From positions 3,192-67,191 of the forward strand of contig CAMFDG010000005.1 of NCBI GenBank assembly GCA_945949045.1: a DNA stretch of 64,000 bases, written 5' to 3'. Under the pieces are notes generated by a model. It saw only the letters and a program-made list of their open reading frames with translations. It was not told where the DNA came from and did no database searches. Below, piece by piece: positions 28,742-38,144 of this stretch. Within the stretch, counting starts at the first letter, position 1, and every line of letters starts with the position of its first letter. The translations under genes were made by a program, and so were the position numbers. The stretch comes from an uncultured Lachnospiraceae bacterium (GTDB lineage: Bacteria; Bacillota; Clostridia; Lachnospirales; Lachnospiraceae).

Positions 28742-30127
28742 TTATTTTGCTGACAAAAATTCATCAATTCCCTTTGCAGCAGCCTTTCCTGCACCCATGG
28801 CAAGAATGACGGTTGCAGCACCGGTCACAGCATCTCCGCCTGCGAATACCGCAGCTTTACTGGTTTGACCATTCTCCTCAGATGCCACGATACACTTGCG
28901 GCGGTTGATATCCAATCCTTCTGTGGTAGAGGAAATCAACGGATTTGGTGAGGTGCCAAGTGACATGATTACGGTGTCACAATCCATCTCATATTCTGAA
29001 CCCGGAATCTCCACAGGGCTTCTTCTTCCGGACGCATCCGGCTCGCCCAGCTCCATCTTTATAATACGGATGCCCTTGACCCAGCCGTTTTCATCCACCA
29101 GGATCTCTGTAGGATTCTGGAGGAGATCGAAGATGATTCCCTCCTCCTTTGCGTGGTGAACCTCCTCCTTACGGGCCGGAAGCTCTTCCTCGCCACGACG
29201 GTATACGATGTGTACCTCTGCACCCAGACGAAGGGCTGTTCTTGCAGCGTCCATGGCTACATTACCACCGCCGACGACAACAACCTTTTTACCACGGGAA
29301 ATCGGGGTCTCATATCCATCCGCAAAGGCCTTCATCAGATTATTTCTGGTCAGGAATTCATTTGCAGAAAATACACCGTTTGCCTGCTCACCCGGAATTC
29401 CCATAAATCTTGGAAGTCCTGCTCCTGAGCCGATAAATACGGCTTCGAACCCCTCCTCAGCCATCAGTTCATCAATCTTCACGGATTTACCGATTACAAC
29501 ATTGGTCTCAATCTTTACACCCAATGCCTTTACATTCTCAACCTCAGCGGCAACTACTTTATCCTTCGGAAGACGGAACTCCGGAATTCCGTAGCTAAGC
29601 ACACCGCCAGCCTTATGCAGTGCCTCAAAAATGGTCACCTCATAACCAAGCTTTGCAAGATCACCGGCACAGGTAAGACTTGCCGGACCGGAGCCAATGA
29701 CTGCAACTTTGTGTCCGTTGGTCTTCTCCGCCTTCTTGGGCTTGATTCCATGCTCTCTGGCCCAATCTGCCACGAAACGCTCCAGCTTTCCGATGGCGAT
29801 GGGATCGCCCTTGATTCCGCGAATGCATTTACCCTCGCACTGGCTCTCCTGTGGACACACACGCCCGCAGACTGCCGGAAGTGCGGAAGACTCCGAAATA
29901 ATCTGATAAGCCTCCTCGAAATTGCGTTCCTTCACCTGTGCGATAAAGGCCGGAATGTTGATGGAAACCGGACATCCCTTCATACACTGTGCATTTTTAC
30001 AATTGAGGCAGCGGGAAGCCTCTTTGACCGCTTCCTCCTCGTTATATCCGTAACATACTTCTTCAAAGTTTGTGGCACGGACCTTTGGATCCTGCTCACG
30101 AACCGGTACTCTGACTAAACCTTCCAT
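28742..30127 (-). CDS. nfnB: NfnB / homotetrameric NADPH-glutamate synthase-like subunit
   Basis: EASRCLNC..CMKGCP, CGRVCPQESQCE, GSGPA, GGGNVAMD, GGDAVTG. Confidence 0.88.
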   Translation of the reverse strand: MEGLVRVPVREQDPKVRATNFEEVCYGYNEEEAVKEASRCLNCKNAQCMKGCPVSINIPAFIAQVKERNFEEAYQIISESSALPAVCGRVCPQESQCEGKCIRGIKGDPIAIGKLERFVADWAREHGIKPKKAEKTNGHKVAVIGSGPASLTCAGDLAKLGYEVTIFEALHKAGGVLSYGIPEFRLPKDKVVAAEVENVKALGVKIETNVVIGKSVKIDELMAEEGFEAVFIGSGAGLPRFMGIPGEQANGVFSANEFLTRNNLMKAFADGYETPISRGKKVVVVGGGNVAMDAARTALRLGAEVHIVYRRGEEELPARKEEVHHAKEEGIIFDLLQNPTEILVDENGWVKGIRIIKMELGEPDASGRRSPVEIPGSEYEMDCDTVIMSLGTSPNPLISSTTEGLDINRRKCIVASEENGQTSKAAVFAGGDAVTGAATVILAMGAGKAAAKGIDEFLSAK

Positions 30128-31017
30128 TACTTGTCACCTCCGCAATGGCCGCAACCGCCATGGTGGGTTGCACCCTCTTCATAGGCAAGCTTTGCTCTGC
30201 CCTCTTCTGTCTTATACTGCTGCTGGCGTTTCATTGCCTGATCAAAATCCACCAGATGTCCATCAAATTCCGGTCCGTCTACACAGGCAAATTTCACCGC
30301 TCCGCCAACCATCAGACGGCAGGCACCGCACATTCCGGTACCATCCACCATGATCGGATTCATGGAAACAATGGTCGGAATCTCAAGCTTCCTGGTAAGT
30401 ATCGTGACGAACTTCATCATGATCATCGGCCCGATGGCAACACAAACGTCATAGTGCTTTCCTTCGCCAACCAGAGCCTCAAGCTGCTGGCAGCCGTTTC
30501 CGTGGAAGCCGAAACTTCCGTCATCTGTCGTCACATAGACATTTCCGGCAACCGCCTTCATCTCATCCATATAGAAAAGCAGATCCTTTGTTCTGGAACC
30601 CATGATCACGTCAGCATCAATGCCATGCTCATGCAGCCACTTTACCTGTGGATAAACCGGCGCTGTTCCAAGACCTCCTGCGATAAATACGATGTTTTTC
30701 TTCTTTGTCTCCTCCAGATTCTTCTCCTGGCAGAGCTCAGAAGGACAGCCAAGCGGTCCTACAAAATCCTCCAGCGCATCCCCTTCATTCAGGGCCATCA
30801 TGCGCTCGGTACCCGCACCGATCGTCTGTACCACGATGGTTACGGTCTCCTTCTGCCTGTCATAATCACAAATGGTCAGCGGTATACGCTCTCCCACTTC
30901 ATCTGTTTTTGCAATGATAAACTGCCCCGGCAGACATTCCTTAGCCACACGAGGTGCCTTGATGTCCATCAGGATAATGTTATCTGCCAATGTTTCTTTC
31001 CGAACAATCGGGTACAT
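30127..31017 (-). CDS. nfnA: NfnA electron-bifurcating transhydrogenase small subunit (FAD, 2Fe-2S)
   Basis: PGQF, GERIPLTI, GGLGTAP, MVDGTGMCGACR, CVDGPEF. Confidence 0.88.
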   Translation of the reverse strand: MYPIVRKETLADNIILMDIKAPRVAKECLPGQFIIAKTDEVGERIPLTICDYDRQKETVTIVVQTIGAGTERMMALNEGDALEDFVGPLGCPSELCQEKNLEETKKKNIVFIAGGLGTAPVYPQVKWLHEHGIDADVIMGSRTKDLLFYMDEMKAVAGNVYVTTDDGSFGFHGNGCQQLEALVGEGKHYDVCVAIGPMIMMKFVTILTRKLEIPTIVSMNPIMVDGTGMCGACRLMVGGAVKFACVDGPEFDGHLVDFDQAMKRQQQYKTEEGRAKLAYEEGATHHGGCGHCGGDK

Positions 31018-31194
31018 AACCTGCCTCCTGTATGTATTCTTTTCTTTTCTTGTTTGCCCACAGCGGATGAAATAACTACAGCCACTGCGGATCCATAACC
31101 GTCTCTCCTGTTCTGTATTACCTGCAATACAAAATAGAGGTGCTTAACACACCTCTTTATTGTATATGAATTCTCAATATTTAGCAATGAGTTT

Positions 31195-32139
31195 TTATGA
31201 AAAATAAACCAGCTCGTCCTCCGGCTTTTCGGCTTTCTCGATGGAAATGGGATAGAGAACCGGCCCTTTTCCCTTGTACTCTCTGGCGAACTCCACATGA
31301 ATCTCCGCCGTAATATCGATCCAGGACTTATGAGGAATCTCATCCTCTTTTTCATATTTGCACTTAAAACCGATGAAAGTCACATCCTCGATGCAGCAGG
31401 TCATGGCAAAACGTCCCGGCACAAACACGCCCTTTTTCAACTTCTCCGGATTGTAGACCAGCGCACGAAACTTTACCTTTTTTCCATCGTATTTCTTATA
31501 GTTGTCCACTGCATCCATATACCAGATTGCGTAATCGGCATCTGTCAGTTCGATTACATCCTGATTGATATCGAAGGGCAGCTCCTCCGGACGCTCGTCA
31601 ATGGTTCCGTCCTTTCTCTCATAAACAATCTGGGCTTTACGATTGATATTTTTGATGGTCCGGCGCAGATGCCCCCGGTCCGTATCGTCATCCGTGCGGT
31701 TAAAGATCACCACATCGCTGGAAAAAACCTGTTCCTGCATCATGGCCCGCATATTGTTCATATACAGGTCAAAAGTGGTGGAATCCACAGTAGCCAGAGA
31801 CTGCACAATGACCCATCCCTTCGGAAGGCTGGCCTCCAAAAGCTTATCCATGCCCCATGTGCCATTGTACTCGATAAACACCTGCTTCGGAAGGTACGCA
31901 TCCTGGATCTTCTGCAGGTTCTCCGAAGTAAAGTCCTCTTCATTTTCAATAGACACCAGCTTAAAGTTTACGGTAGCAAGCTTCGCCTCGTCATACTCCT
32001 TCTCGCCGTCCTCGCACATGATAATAATGCCCTTGGCGCCGTCTCCAAACTCATTTTCAAACAGAGTCTCCTCCACCAGAGAGGTCTTGCCGCTGTCCAT
32101 AAAGCCTGTAAATACATATACCGGAATTTCTTCTGCCAT
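31195..32139 (-). CDS. CobW-like degenerate GTPase fused to a TIGR03943-like C-terminal domain
   Basis: GFMDSGKT, IEYNG, FNR; C-terminal GRFAMTCCIED. Confidence 0.75.
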   Translation of the reverse strand: MAEEIPVYVFTGFMDSGKTSLVEETLFENEFGDGAKGIIIMCEDGEKEYDEAKLATVNFKLVSIENEEDFTSENLQKIQDAYLPKQVFIEYNGTWGMDKLLEASLPKGWVIVQSLATVDSTTFDLYMNNMRAMMQEQVFSSDVVIFNRTDDDTDRGHLRRTIKNINRKAQIVYERKDGTIDERPEELPFDINQDVIELTDADYAIWYMDAVDNYKKYDGKKVKFRALVYNPEKLKKGVFVPGRFAMTCCIEDVTFIGFKCKYEKEDEIPHKSWIDITAEIHVEFAREYKGKGPVLYPISIEKAEKPEDELVYFS

Positions 32140-32235
32140 ACGTCTCTCCTTCATAATTACTGTTCGCTTTTATCCACAGTCCTGTCCCTATTGCTGTGTC
32201 ATATGCGCACTTCCCCGTTGTTTGGGCTTGTTATC

Positions 32236-33387
32236 TTAGTTCAACCCAAATAACTCCAGAAGCTCATCCTCATGAATCTCTGTTCCGATTACAACGATTC
32301 TTCCGGTATAATCCGGTTCGCCCTCACGGATCTCATACTCGCCCGGAACCATATCGAAATAAAGCCAGGTGCCATCTGTACACTCCACCATTCCCTTGGA
32401 ACGAAGAATGTTGTCGGAATCCACAAAGCCCTTTAAGATTTCTTCGATCTTTGCCCTCTCAAACTTGTGGGGAGTCTCCTTGCCCCAGCTGGTGAACACC
32501 TCATCGGCGTGATGATGATGATGCTCATGGTCATGGCAGCCGCAGGTACATCCTTCACCGTGCTCATGATCATGGTCGTGCTCGTGATGTTCATGGTCGT
32601 CATGCTCATGCTCGTGGTCATGGTCGTGGTCGTGGTCGTGGTCATCGTGGTGATGCTCATGCTCATGCTCGTCGTGATCGTGGTGATGCTCATGCTCATG
32701 GTCATCATGGTCGTGGTGATGATGCTCGTGCTCATGCTCTTTCTCATCCTGCGCATGACGGGCTTCCGCCAGTGCCTTCATTTCCAGGTTATCCTGCCCC
32801 TCGATTACTTTCAGAATCTGCGCTCCTTTGAGAGCATTCCAATCCGTGGTAATAATGGCTGAATTCGGATTTAACTCCTGAATCTTCTTCACACAGAACT
32901 CCAGCTGCTCCGGTGTGGCATTCTGGCTGCGGCTTAAAATAACCGTTGTAGCATACTCGATCTGGTTATTGAAAAACTCACCGAAAGCCTTCATCTGCTT
33001 GCTGGCCTTCAGCGCATTGACAACGGTTACCAGAGCATTCAATTTCACATCCTCTTCTTTCTCGATGTCGATGACGGACTTCATAACATCGGAAAGCTTG
33101 CCCACCCCGGAAGGCTCGATCAAGATACGATCCGGATGATACTTGCTGATTACTTCATGAAGATTTTTCCCGAAATCCCCAACCAGAGAACAACAGATAC
33201 AGCCGGAATTCATCTCTGTGATCTGAATGCCCGCATCCTTAAGAAATCCTCCATCAATACCGACCTCGCCAAACTCATTCTCGATCAGCACAATCTGCTC
33301 GCCCTGAAAGGCCTCGTCGATCATCTTCTTAATGAAAGTGGTCTTCCCGGCTCCCAGAAAACCTGAGATGATATCTATCTTTGTCAT
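32236..33387 (-). CDS. COG0523/CobW GTP-dependent metallochaperone with His-rich insert
   Basis: GFLGAGKTT, ENEFGE, GCICC, IEPSG, LRSKG; start at ATG 33387. Confidence 0.92.
   Translation of the reverse strand: MTKIDIISGFLGAGKTTFIKKMIDEAFQGEQIVLIENEFGEVGIDGGFLKDAGIQITEMNSGCICCSLVGDFGKNLHEVISKYHPDRILIEPSGVGKLSDVMKSVIDIEKEEDVKLNALVTVVNALKASKQMKAFGEFFNNQIEYATTVILSRSQNATPEQLEFCVKKIQELNPNSAIITTDWNALKGAQILKVIEGQDNLEMKALAEARHAQDEKEHEHEHHHHDHDDHEHEHHHDHDEHEHEHHHDDHDHDHDHDHEHEHDDHEHHEHDHDHEHGEGCTCGCHDHEHHHHHADEVFTSWGKETPHKFERAKIEEILKGFVDSDNILRSKGMVECTDGTWLYFDMVPGEYEIREGEPDYTGRIVVIGTEIHEDELLELFGLN
32509..32737 (-). repeat. Low-complexity His/Asp/Glu codon tract inside the cobW-like gene
   Basis: CAT/CAC/GAC/GAG repeats encoding HEHEHHHHDHDD...CTCGCHDHEHHHHH. 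Confidence 0.9.
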
Positions 33388-33511
33388 TTTTGTCACTCCT
33401 TCTGCTAATAATGTTAATCTTCAACCTAATTTTCTATCATACTCGCATTATCATATTTTTGCAAATAAAAAAACAATAAATTTAGTATCTATTCAGACTC
33501 CATGCAAACCA

Positions 33512-33797
33512 GAGAAACAGATTTGTCATGCATTTTGATTGTTAAGGGAGGCTTTGGGCATATATATGAAAAATCAAAATGTACTGCCCAATTTGCTCTC
33601 ATTTTTCGCCTGAAATTGGTCGCTTTGGGCGTGGGAACTAATAATTTAACATTTACATCCCGCCAAATGCCTAAAATGTGGGCGTGGAGGGTCAGAATTT
33701 AAACAATACGCCCAATTGTGTTATTTTAAGATGTTCCAAGTTTGGAAATTGGGATGTAGGAAACAAATTTTTTCTCTTATGCCCAATTGGGAAAATA
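33512..33797 (+). repeat. Second copy of the four-unit palindromic module (homologous to 17491-17775)
   Basis: Units at 33555, 33626, 33679, 33750 with the same +71/+53/+71 spacing and conserved linkers. Confidence 0.9.
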
Positions 33798-33806
33798 AAT
33801 AATGAT

Positions 33807-33878
33807 GTGAGTGTCAAAAGTGCTTTTGCCACTCACTGATATACGAATTGCTCCGTTGCTCCGCAACTCCCGCAATTC
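33807..33878. repeat. Two tandem hairpins, REP-like
   Basis: GTGAGTG.CAAAAG-TG-CTTTTG.CACTCAC, then GAATTGC..GTTGC-TCC-GCAAC..GCAATTC. Confidence 0.6.
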
Positions 33879-34042
33879 TAAAAAATGGAAAGCAGAACTT
33901 AAGCTTTATCTTGCCAAATACAGTTGAAAGATATATCCTTAATTTCAGAAAATCAATGCCGGATACATCGATGCTAAATCAACTCGAATGATATCTGCCA
34001 GATGAAAATCAATCGATGCAAAAAAGCACAGAGGAGGTACCT

Positions 34043-34681
34043 ATGACAATCAAACAACAATATTATGAAGCCACCGCAAATACACTCATCAAACGCCTTG
34101 CTGCCCGCCAGATCGAAGGTTTCTACTTCGCTGCCAAAGAGGAAGCCTGTGAAAAAGCGCTCTCCTTTGCAAAGGAAGGAACAAGCGCCTCCTTCGGCGG
34201 CTCCATGACTTTGGAAGAAACCGGTATTCTCGCCGGACTGAGATCCAGAAATGATATCACATTGTATGACCGGGCCACCGGAAAAAATCCTAAAGAGGTG
34301 GCGAATATCATGCACGAGGCTCTCTCCTGTGATACCTACTACATGAGCACCAATGCCATCACCACAGAGGGTGAGCTGGTAAACATCGACGGAAACGGAA
34401 ACCGTGTTGCAGCACTGATCTACGGCCCCAAGCAGGTAGTGATCGTGGCAGGAATGAACAAAGTCGTTCCGGACGCAGCCAGTGCCGTAAGCCGTGTTAG
34501 AAACAGTGCGACCCCACCGAACTGTATCCGGCTGAATAAGAATACGCCCTGCGCTGTTACCGGAGTCTGCGCAGACTGTTTTTCTCCAGACTGCATCTGC
34601 AACCAGATTGTGGTTACTCGCCGCAGTGGAAATCCGGACCGCATCAAGGTCATTCTTGTTGGAGAGGATCTGGGTTACTAA
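34043..34681 (+). CDS. LUD-domain (lactate utilization-like) protein with Cys-rich C-terminus
   Basis: GGSMTL, STNAIT..GELVNIDGNGNRVAA, GMNKVV, TPCAVTGVCADC..CIC; GGAGG RBS before ATG 34043. Confidence 0.85.
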   Translation: MTIKQQYYEATANTLIKRLAARQIEGFYFAAKEEACEKALSFAKEGTSASFGGSMTLEETGILAGLRSRNDITLYDRATGKNPKEVANIMHEALSCDTYYMSTNAITTEGELVNIDGNGNRVAALIYGPKQVVIVAGMNKVVPDAASAVSRVRNSATPPNCIRLNKNTPCAVTGVCADCFSPDCICNQIVVTRRSGNPDRIKVILVGEDLGY

Positions 34682-34703
34682 AATCAGTGTGGGAAGTTAT
34701 TAT

Positions 34704-34739
34704 AAAAAAAGACCCCACGGATCAATTCCGTGGGGTTTC
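34704..34739. terminator. Terminator between convergent LUD gene and rpsU
   Basis: ACCCCACGGA / TCCGTGGGGT with flanking A- and T-tracts. Confidence 0.8.
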
Positions 34740-34744
34740 ATACA

Positions 34745-34921
34745 TTAATTGTACTTTCTTTTTCTCGCAGCTTCAGACTTTTTCTTACGTCTTACGCTTG
34801 GCTTCTCGTAATGCTCTCTCTTACGAATCTCCTGCTGAATGCCAGCCTTAGCGCAGTTTCTCTTGAAACGACGTAATGCGCTGTCTAAGCTTTCATTCTC
34901 TTTTACGATTACACTAGACAC
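34745..34921 (-). CDS. rpsU: 30S ribosomal protein S21
   Basis: [20 protein letters not shown]; GTG start behind GGAGG. Confidence 0.95.
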   Translation of the reverse strand: MSSVIVKENESLDSALRRFKRNCAKAGIQQEIRKREHYEKPSVRRKKKSEAARKRKYN

Positions 34922-35031
34922 TCTTCCTAACCTCCCTCCAGTTGCGAGATTGTGCAACAACTGTAAGGTAATCTTAATTGCACTATTTAGTATTTTAACA
35001 AAATATATTTATTTGTCAATATTTTTTGGCA

Positions 35032-35062
35032 AATTCTATGCAAATAATGTTTGCATAAAATT
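35032..35062. terminator. AT-rich inverted repeat after alaS
   Basis: AATT.TATGCAAA / TTTGCATA.AATT. Confidence 0.4.
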
Positions 35063-35126
35063 CCTGTTGTGACAAATTTTGTTCAATCCTGAGGATTTCT
35101 ATCAACCTTCAGATACCGGAAACGTC

Positions 35127-37787
35127 CTAGCCGAGCATCTGAGAAAGAGCAGAATAAGCCTCATTGATTGCATCCGGAATTCCTGCAGGATTCTTGCCGC
35201 CGGCCTGAGCCATATTCGGACGTCCGCCGCCGCCACCGCCGACCTTTCCGGCAATGGACTTGATCAGGTTTCCTGCATGTGCCCCCTTCTTTACTGCATC
35301 ATCCGTTGCCATAACAATCAGATTCACCTTACCGTCACAATCGGAAGCAAGCACGACCACGCCCTGCCCCAGCTTATCCTTGAGCTGGTCTCCCAGATCA
35401 CGCAGACCGTTCATATCAACACCGGAAACACTGGTAGCGAGAAGCTTCACGCCGCCAACTTCCTTCACCTGATCCATAACGTCACCCAGGGCATCCTTTG
35501 CTGCCTTGCTCTTTAAGGATTCATTCTCGCTCTGCAGTGCCTTGAGTTCTGCAGTCAGATGCTCTAAACGTTCTGCAAGGGTTGCAGGAGTAGCCTTCAC
35601 AACCTTCGCTGCTGCCTCAAACTCCGCTTCCATCTTCTTATAATATGCAAGAAGATTATCTCCGGTCAGTGCCTCAATACGACGCACTCCCGCAGCAACA
35701 CCGCTCTCGGAAATAATCTTAAAGGCCTTGATATCCTCCGTATTTTTTACGTGAGTACCTCCACAGAATTCCTTAGAGAAATCTCCCATGGAAACTACCC
35801 GGACCTTCTCGCCATACTTCTCACCAAAGAGTGCCATGGCACCGGTCTTCTTGGCCTCGTCGACAGTCATGATATCGGTCCGTACCTCCAGCGCTTCATT
35901 GATTTCCCGGTTGACCAGATCCTCCACCTTCGTAATCTCCTCCGGTGTCAATGCTGCAAAATGTGTAAAATCGAACCTGGTACGCTCGCTGTCCTGGAAG
36001 GATCCCGCCTGCTCTACATGGGTTCCCAGCACCTCACGAAGTGCCTTCTGTAAAAGGTGTGTTGCGGAGTGGTTCGCACATGTCTTGGTACGAAGTTCTG
36101 CATTTACCTCAAATTCTGCTTCCTCACCAACGCGGATCATGCCGGATGTCATGTGGCCCACGTGACCGTATTTGCCTCCCAGAAGCTTGATGGTATCCTC
36201 AACCTCGAAGACACCGTCCTTCGTACGGATGATTCCCTTGTCTCCCTGCTGACCACCCATGGTTGCATAGAACGGGGTTTTCTCTGCGATAATGGTACCC
36301 TTGTCCCCATCGGAAAGTGCCTCCACCAGCTCCGTCTCTGTGGTAAGCACCGTGATCTTTGAGGTGTCTGTCAATCTGTCATAGCCCACAAACTCTGTGG
36401 TAACTGCCGGATCAATCTGCTCGTAAACTGTAGCGTCCGCACCCATATAATTGGTCACCTTACGGGCACTTCTCGCTTTCTGTCTCTGCTCTTCCATGCA
36501 GGCTTTGAACTCCTCCTCATTGTAGGTGAAGCCCTTCTCCTCCAGAATCTCCTCCGTCAGATCCACCGGGAATCCGTAGGTATCATAAAGCTTGAAGGTA
36601 TCTGCACCGGGAAGCTCCTTTGTGCCCTTCTTTTGCATCTCATCCATCAGGTCATTTAAGATTGCAAGCCCCTGATCAATGGTCTTGTTGAATTTTTCTT
36701 CCTCCTGGGTCAGAACCTTAAAGATAAAGTCCTTCTTCTCCTCCAGCTCCGGATATCCGTCCTTGCTGTCCGCGATGACAGTCTCAGACAGCTTTGCAAG
36801 GAAAAGCCCGTCAATTCCAAGCATACGTCCATGTCTTGCGGCACGACGGATCAGACGGCGGAGCACATAGCCTCTGCCCTCGTTGCTTGGCATAACACCA
36901 TCGGAAACCAGAAATGTTGCGGAACGGATATGATCCGTGATCAGTCGGATAGACACATCATCCATGGCATCTGTGTGGTAGGTCTTACCCGCCATCTGAC
37001 AGATTACGTCGCGAATGGATTTCATGGTATCAATATCAAATACGGAATCCACATCCTGCATCACAACTGCCAGACGCTCAAGTCCCATACCGGTATCGAT
37101 GTTCTTCTGGGAAAGCTCTGTATAGCCTCCCTTACCATCTCCCTCAAACTGTGTAAATACGTTGTTCCAGACCTCCATAAAACGGTCACAGTCACAGCCG
37201 ACCTTACAGTCCGGGCTGCCGCAGCCGTACTTTTCACCTCTGTCATAGTAAATTTCCGAACACGGGCCGCAGGGTCCTGCTCCGTGCTCCCAGAAATTAT
37301 CACACTCGCCGGTCTCGGGATCCCTGTAAAAACGGGTAATGCGATCCTCCGGAACACCGATTTCCTTTGTCCAGATTTCAAAAGCCTCATCGTCCTCGCC
37401 GTAAATAGACGGATACAGACGATCCTTCTCCAATCCCAGCACCTCGGTCAAAAACTCCCATGACCAGGCAATCGCCTCATGCTTGAAATAGTCGCCGAAA
37501 GAGAAATTCCCTAACATCTCAAAAAATGTCAGATGACGGGCGGTCTTTCCTACATTCTCAATATCGCCGGTACGCACACACTTCTGGCATGTGGTCACAC
37601 GCCGTCTCGGCGGAATTTCCTGTCCTGTAAAATATGGCTTGAGCGGAGCCATTCCCGCATTAATGAGAAGTAAGCTGTTGTCATTGTGCGGAACCAGTGA
37701 AAAACTCTTCATGGCAAGATGTCCCTTGCTCTCAAAGAACTCTAGGTACATCCGGCGCAGCTCATTGACGCCATAACTCTTTTTCAT
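35127..37787 (-). CDS. alaS: Alanine--tRNA ligase
   Basis: INAGM, HLTFFEMLGNFSFGDYFK, DTGMGLER, HSATH, CGGTH, GGGGGG. Confidence 0.98.
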   Translation of the reverse strand: MKKSYGVNELRRMYLEFFESKGHLAMKSFSLVPHNDNSLLLINAGMAPLKPYFTGQEIPPRRRVTTCQKCVRTGDIENVGKTARHLTFFEMLGNFSFGDYFKHEAIAWSWEFLTEVLGLEKDRLYPSIYGEDDEAFEIWTKEIGVPEDRITRFYRDPETGECDNFWEHGAGPCGPCSEIYYDRGEKYGCGSPDCKVGCDCDRFMEVWNNVFTQFEGDGKGGYTELSQKNIDTGMGLERLAVVMQDVDSVFDIDTMKSIRDVICQMAGKTYHTDAMDDVSIRLITDHIRSATFLVSDGVMPSNEGRGYVLRRLIRRAARHGRMLGIDGLFLAKLSETVIADSKDGYPELEEKKDFIFKVLTQEEEKFNKTIDQGLAILNDLMDEMQKKGTKELPGADTFKLYDTYGFPVDLTEEILEEKGFTYNEEEFKACMEEQRQKARSARKVTNYMGADATVYEQIDPAVTTEFVGYDRLTDTSKITVLTTETELVEALSDGDKGTIIAEKTPFYATMGGQQGDKGIIRTKDGVFEVEDTIKLLGGKYGHVGHMTSGMIRVGEEAEFEVNAELRTKTCANHSATHLLQKALREVLGTHVEQAGSFQDSERTRFDFTHFAALTPEEITKVEDLVNREINEALEVRTDIMTVDEAKKTGAMALFGEKYGEKVRVVSMGDFSKEFCGGTHVKNTEDIKAFKIISESGVAAGVRRIEALTGDNLLAYYKKMEAEFEAAAKVVKATPATLAERLEHLTAELKALQSENESLKSKAAKDALGDVMDQVKEVGGVKLLATSVSGVDMNGLRDLGDQLKDKLGQGVVVLASDCDGKVNLIVMATDDAVKKGAHAGNLIKSIAGKVGGGGGGRPNMAQAGGKNPAGIPDAINEAYSALSQMLG

Positions 37788-37826
37788 TACTAATTTCCTC
37801 CAAAAAATATTCTTTTGTGCAGTGCA

Positions 37827-37985
37827 CTACTCATTTTTTTCCTCTGCCATCACAGTTGCTTCGGCAGCCTTCTTCGCGTCCTTATGTTTGCGAAGCTTAA
37901 TTCCAATAAATGCCCCCAGAAGGCCGATTCCAAGCAAAATCACCATCTCGACCACATATTTAGCAATACATAATAAAAAGCTCAT
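37827..37985 (-). CDS. Small single-TM membrane protein (52 aa)
   Basis: AGGAGG RBS; MSFLLCIAKYVVEMVILLGIGLLGAFIGIKLRKHKDAKK: hydrophobic helix then basic tail. Confidence 0.7.
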   Translation of the reverse strand: MSFLLCIAKYVVEMVILLGIGLLGAFIGIKLRKHKDAKKAAEATVMAEEKNE

Positions 37986-38144
37986 ACCCCGTCCTCCTTC
38001 TGTTCTCTCAGAGATACACAGTTTTCTTGTAATCCCCTTATGAATGATCCTAACAGAAACAGTATTCATATCATCATTCTAACTTATATATTATATACAA
38101 TCTTGTCCCTGAATTCAATATCCCGAAAAAACTTCTTCGTTCCT

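Noticed and set aside
32433-32862. Met/Thr/Ser-rich and Met/Val-rich ORFs
   Set aside because: Alternative-frame readings of the His-codon tract
33554-33613. 19-codon TTG ORF in the module (MGIYMKNQNVLP...), same length in the 17.5 kb copy
   Set aside because: SD spacing is poor, the SD is lost in the 17.5 kb copy, the ORF is shortened in the 47.4 kb copy; nucleotide identity explains it
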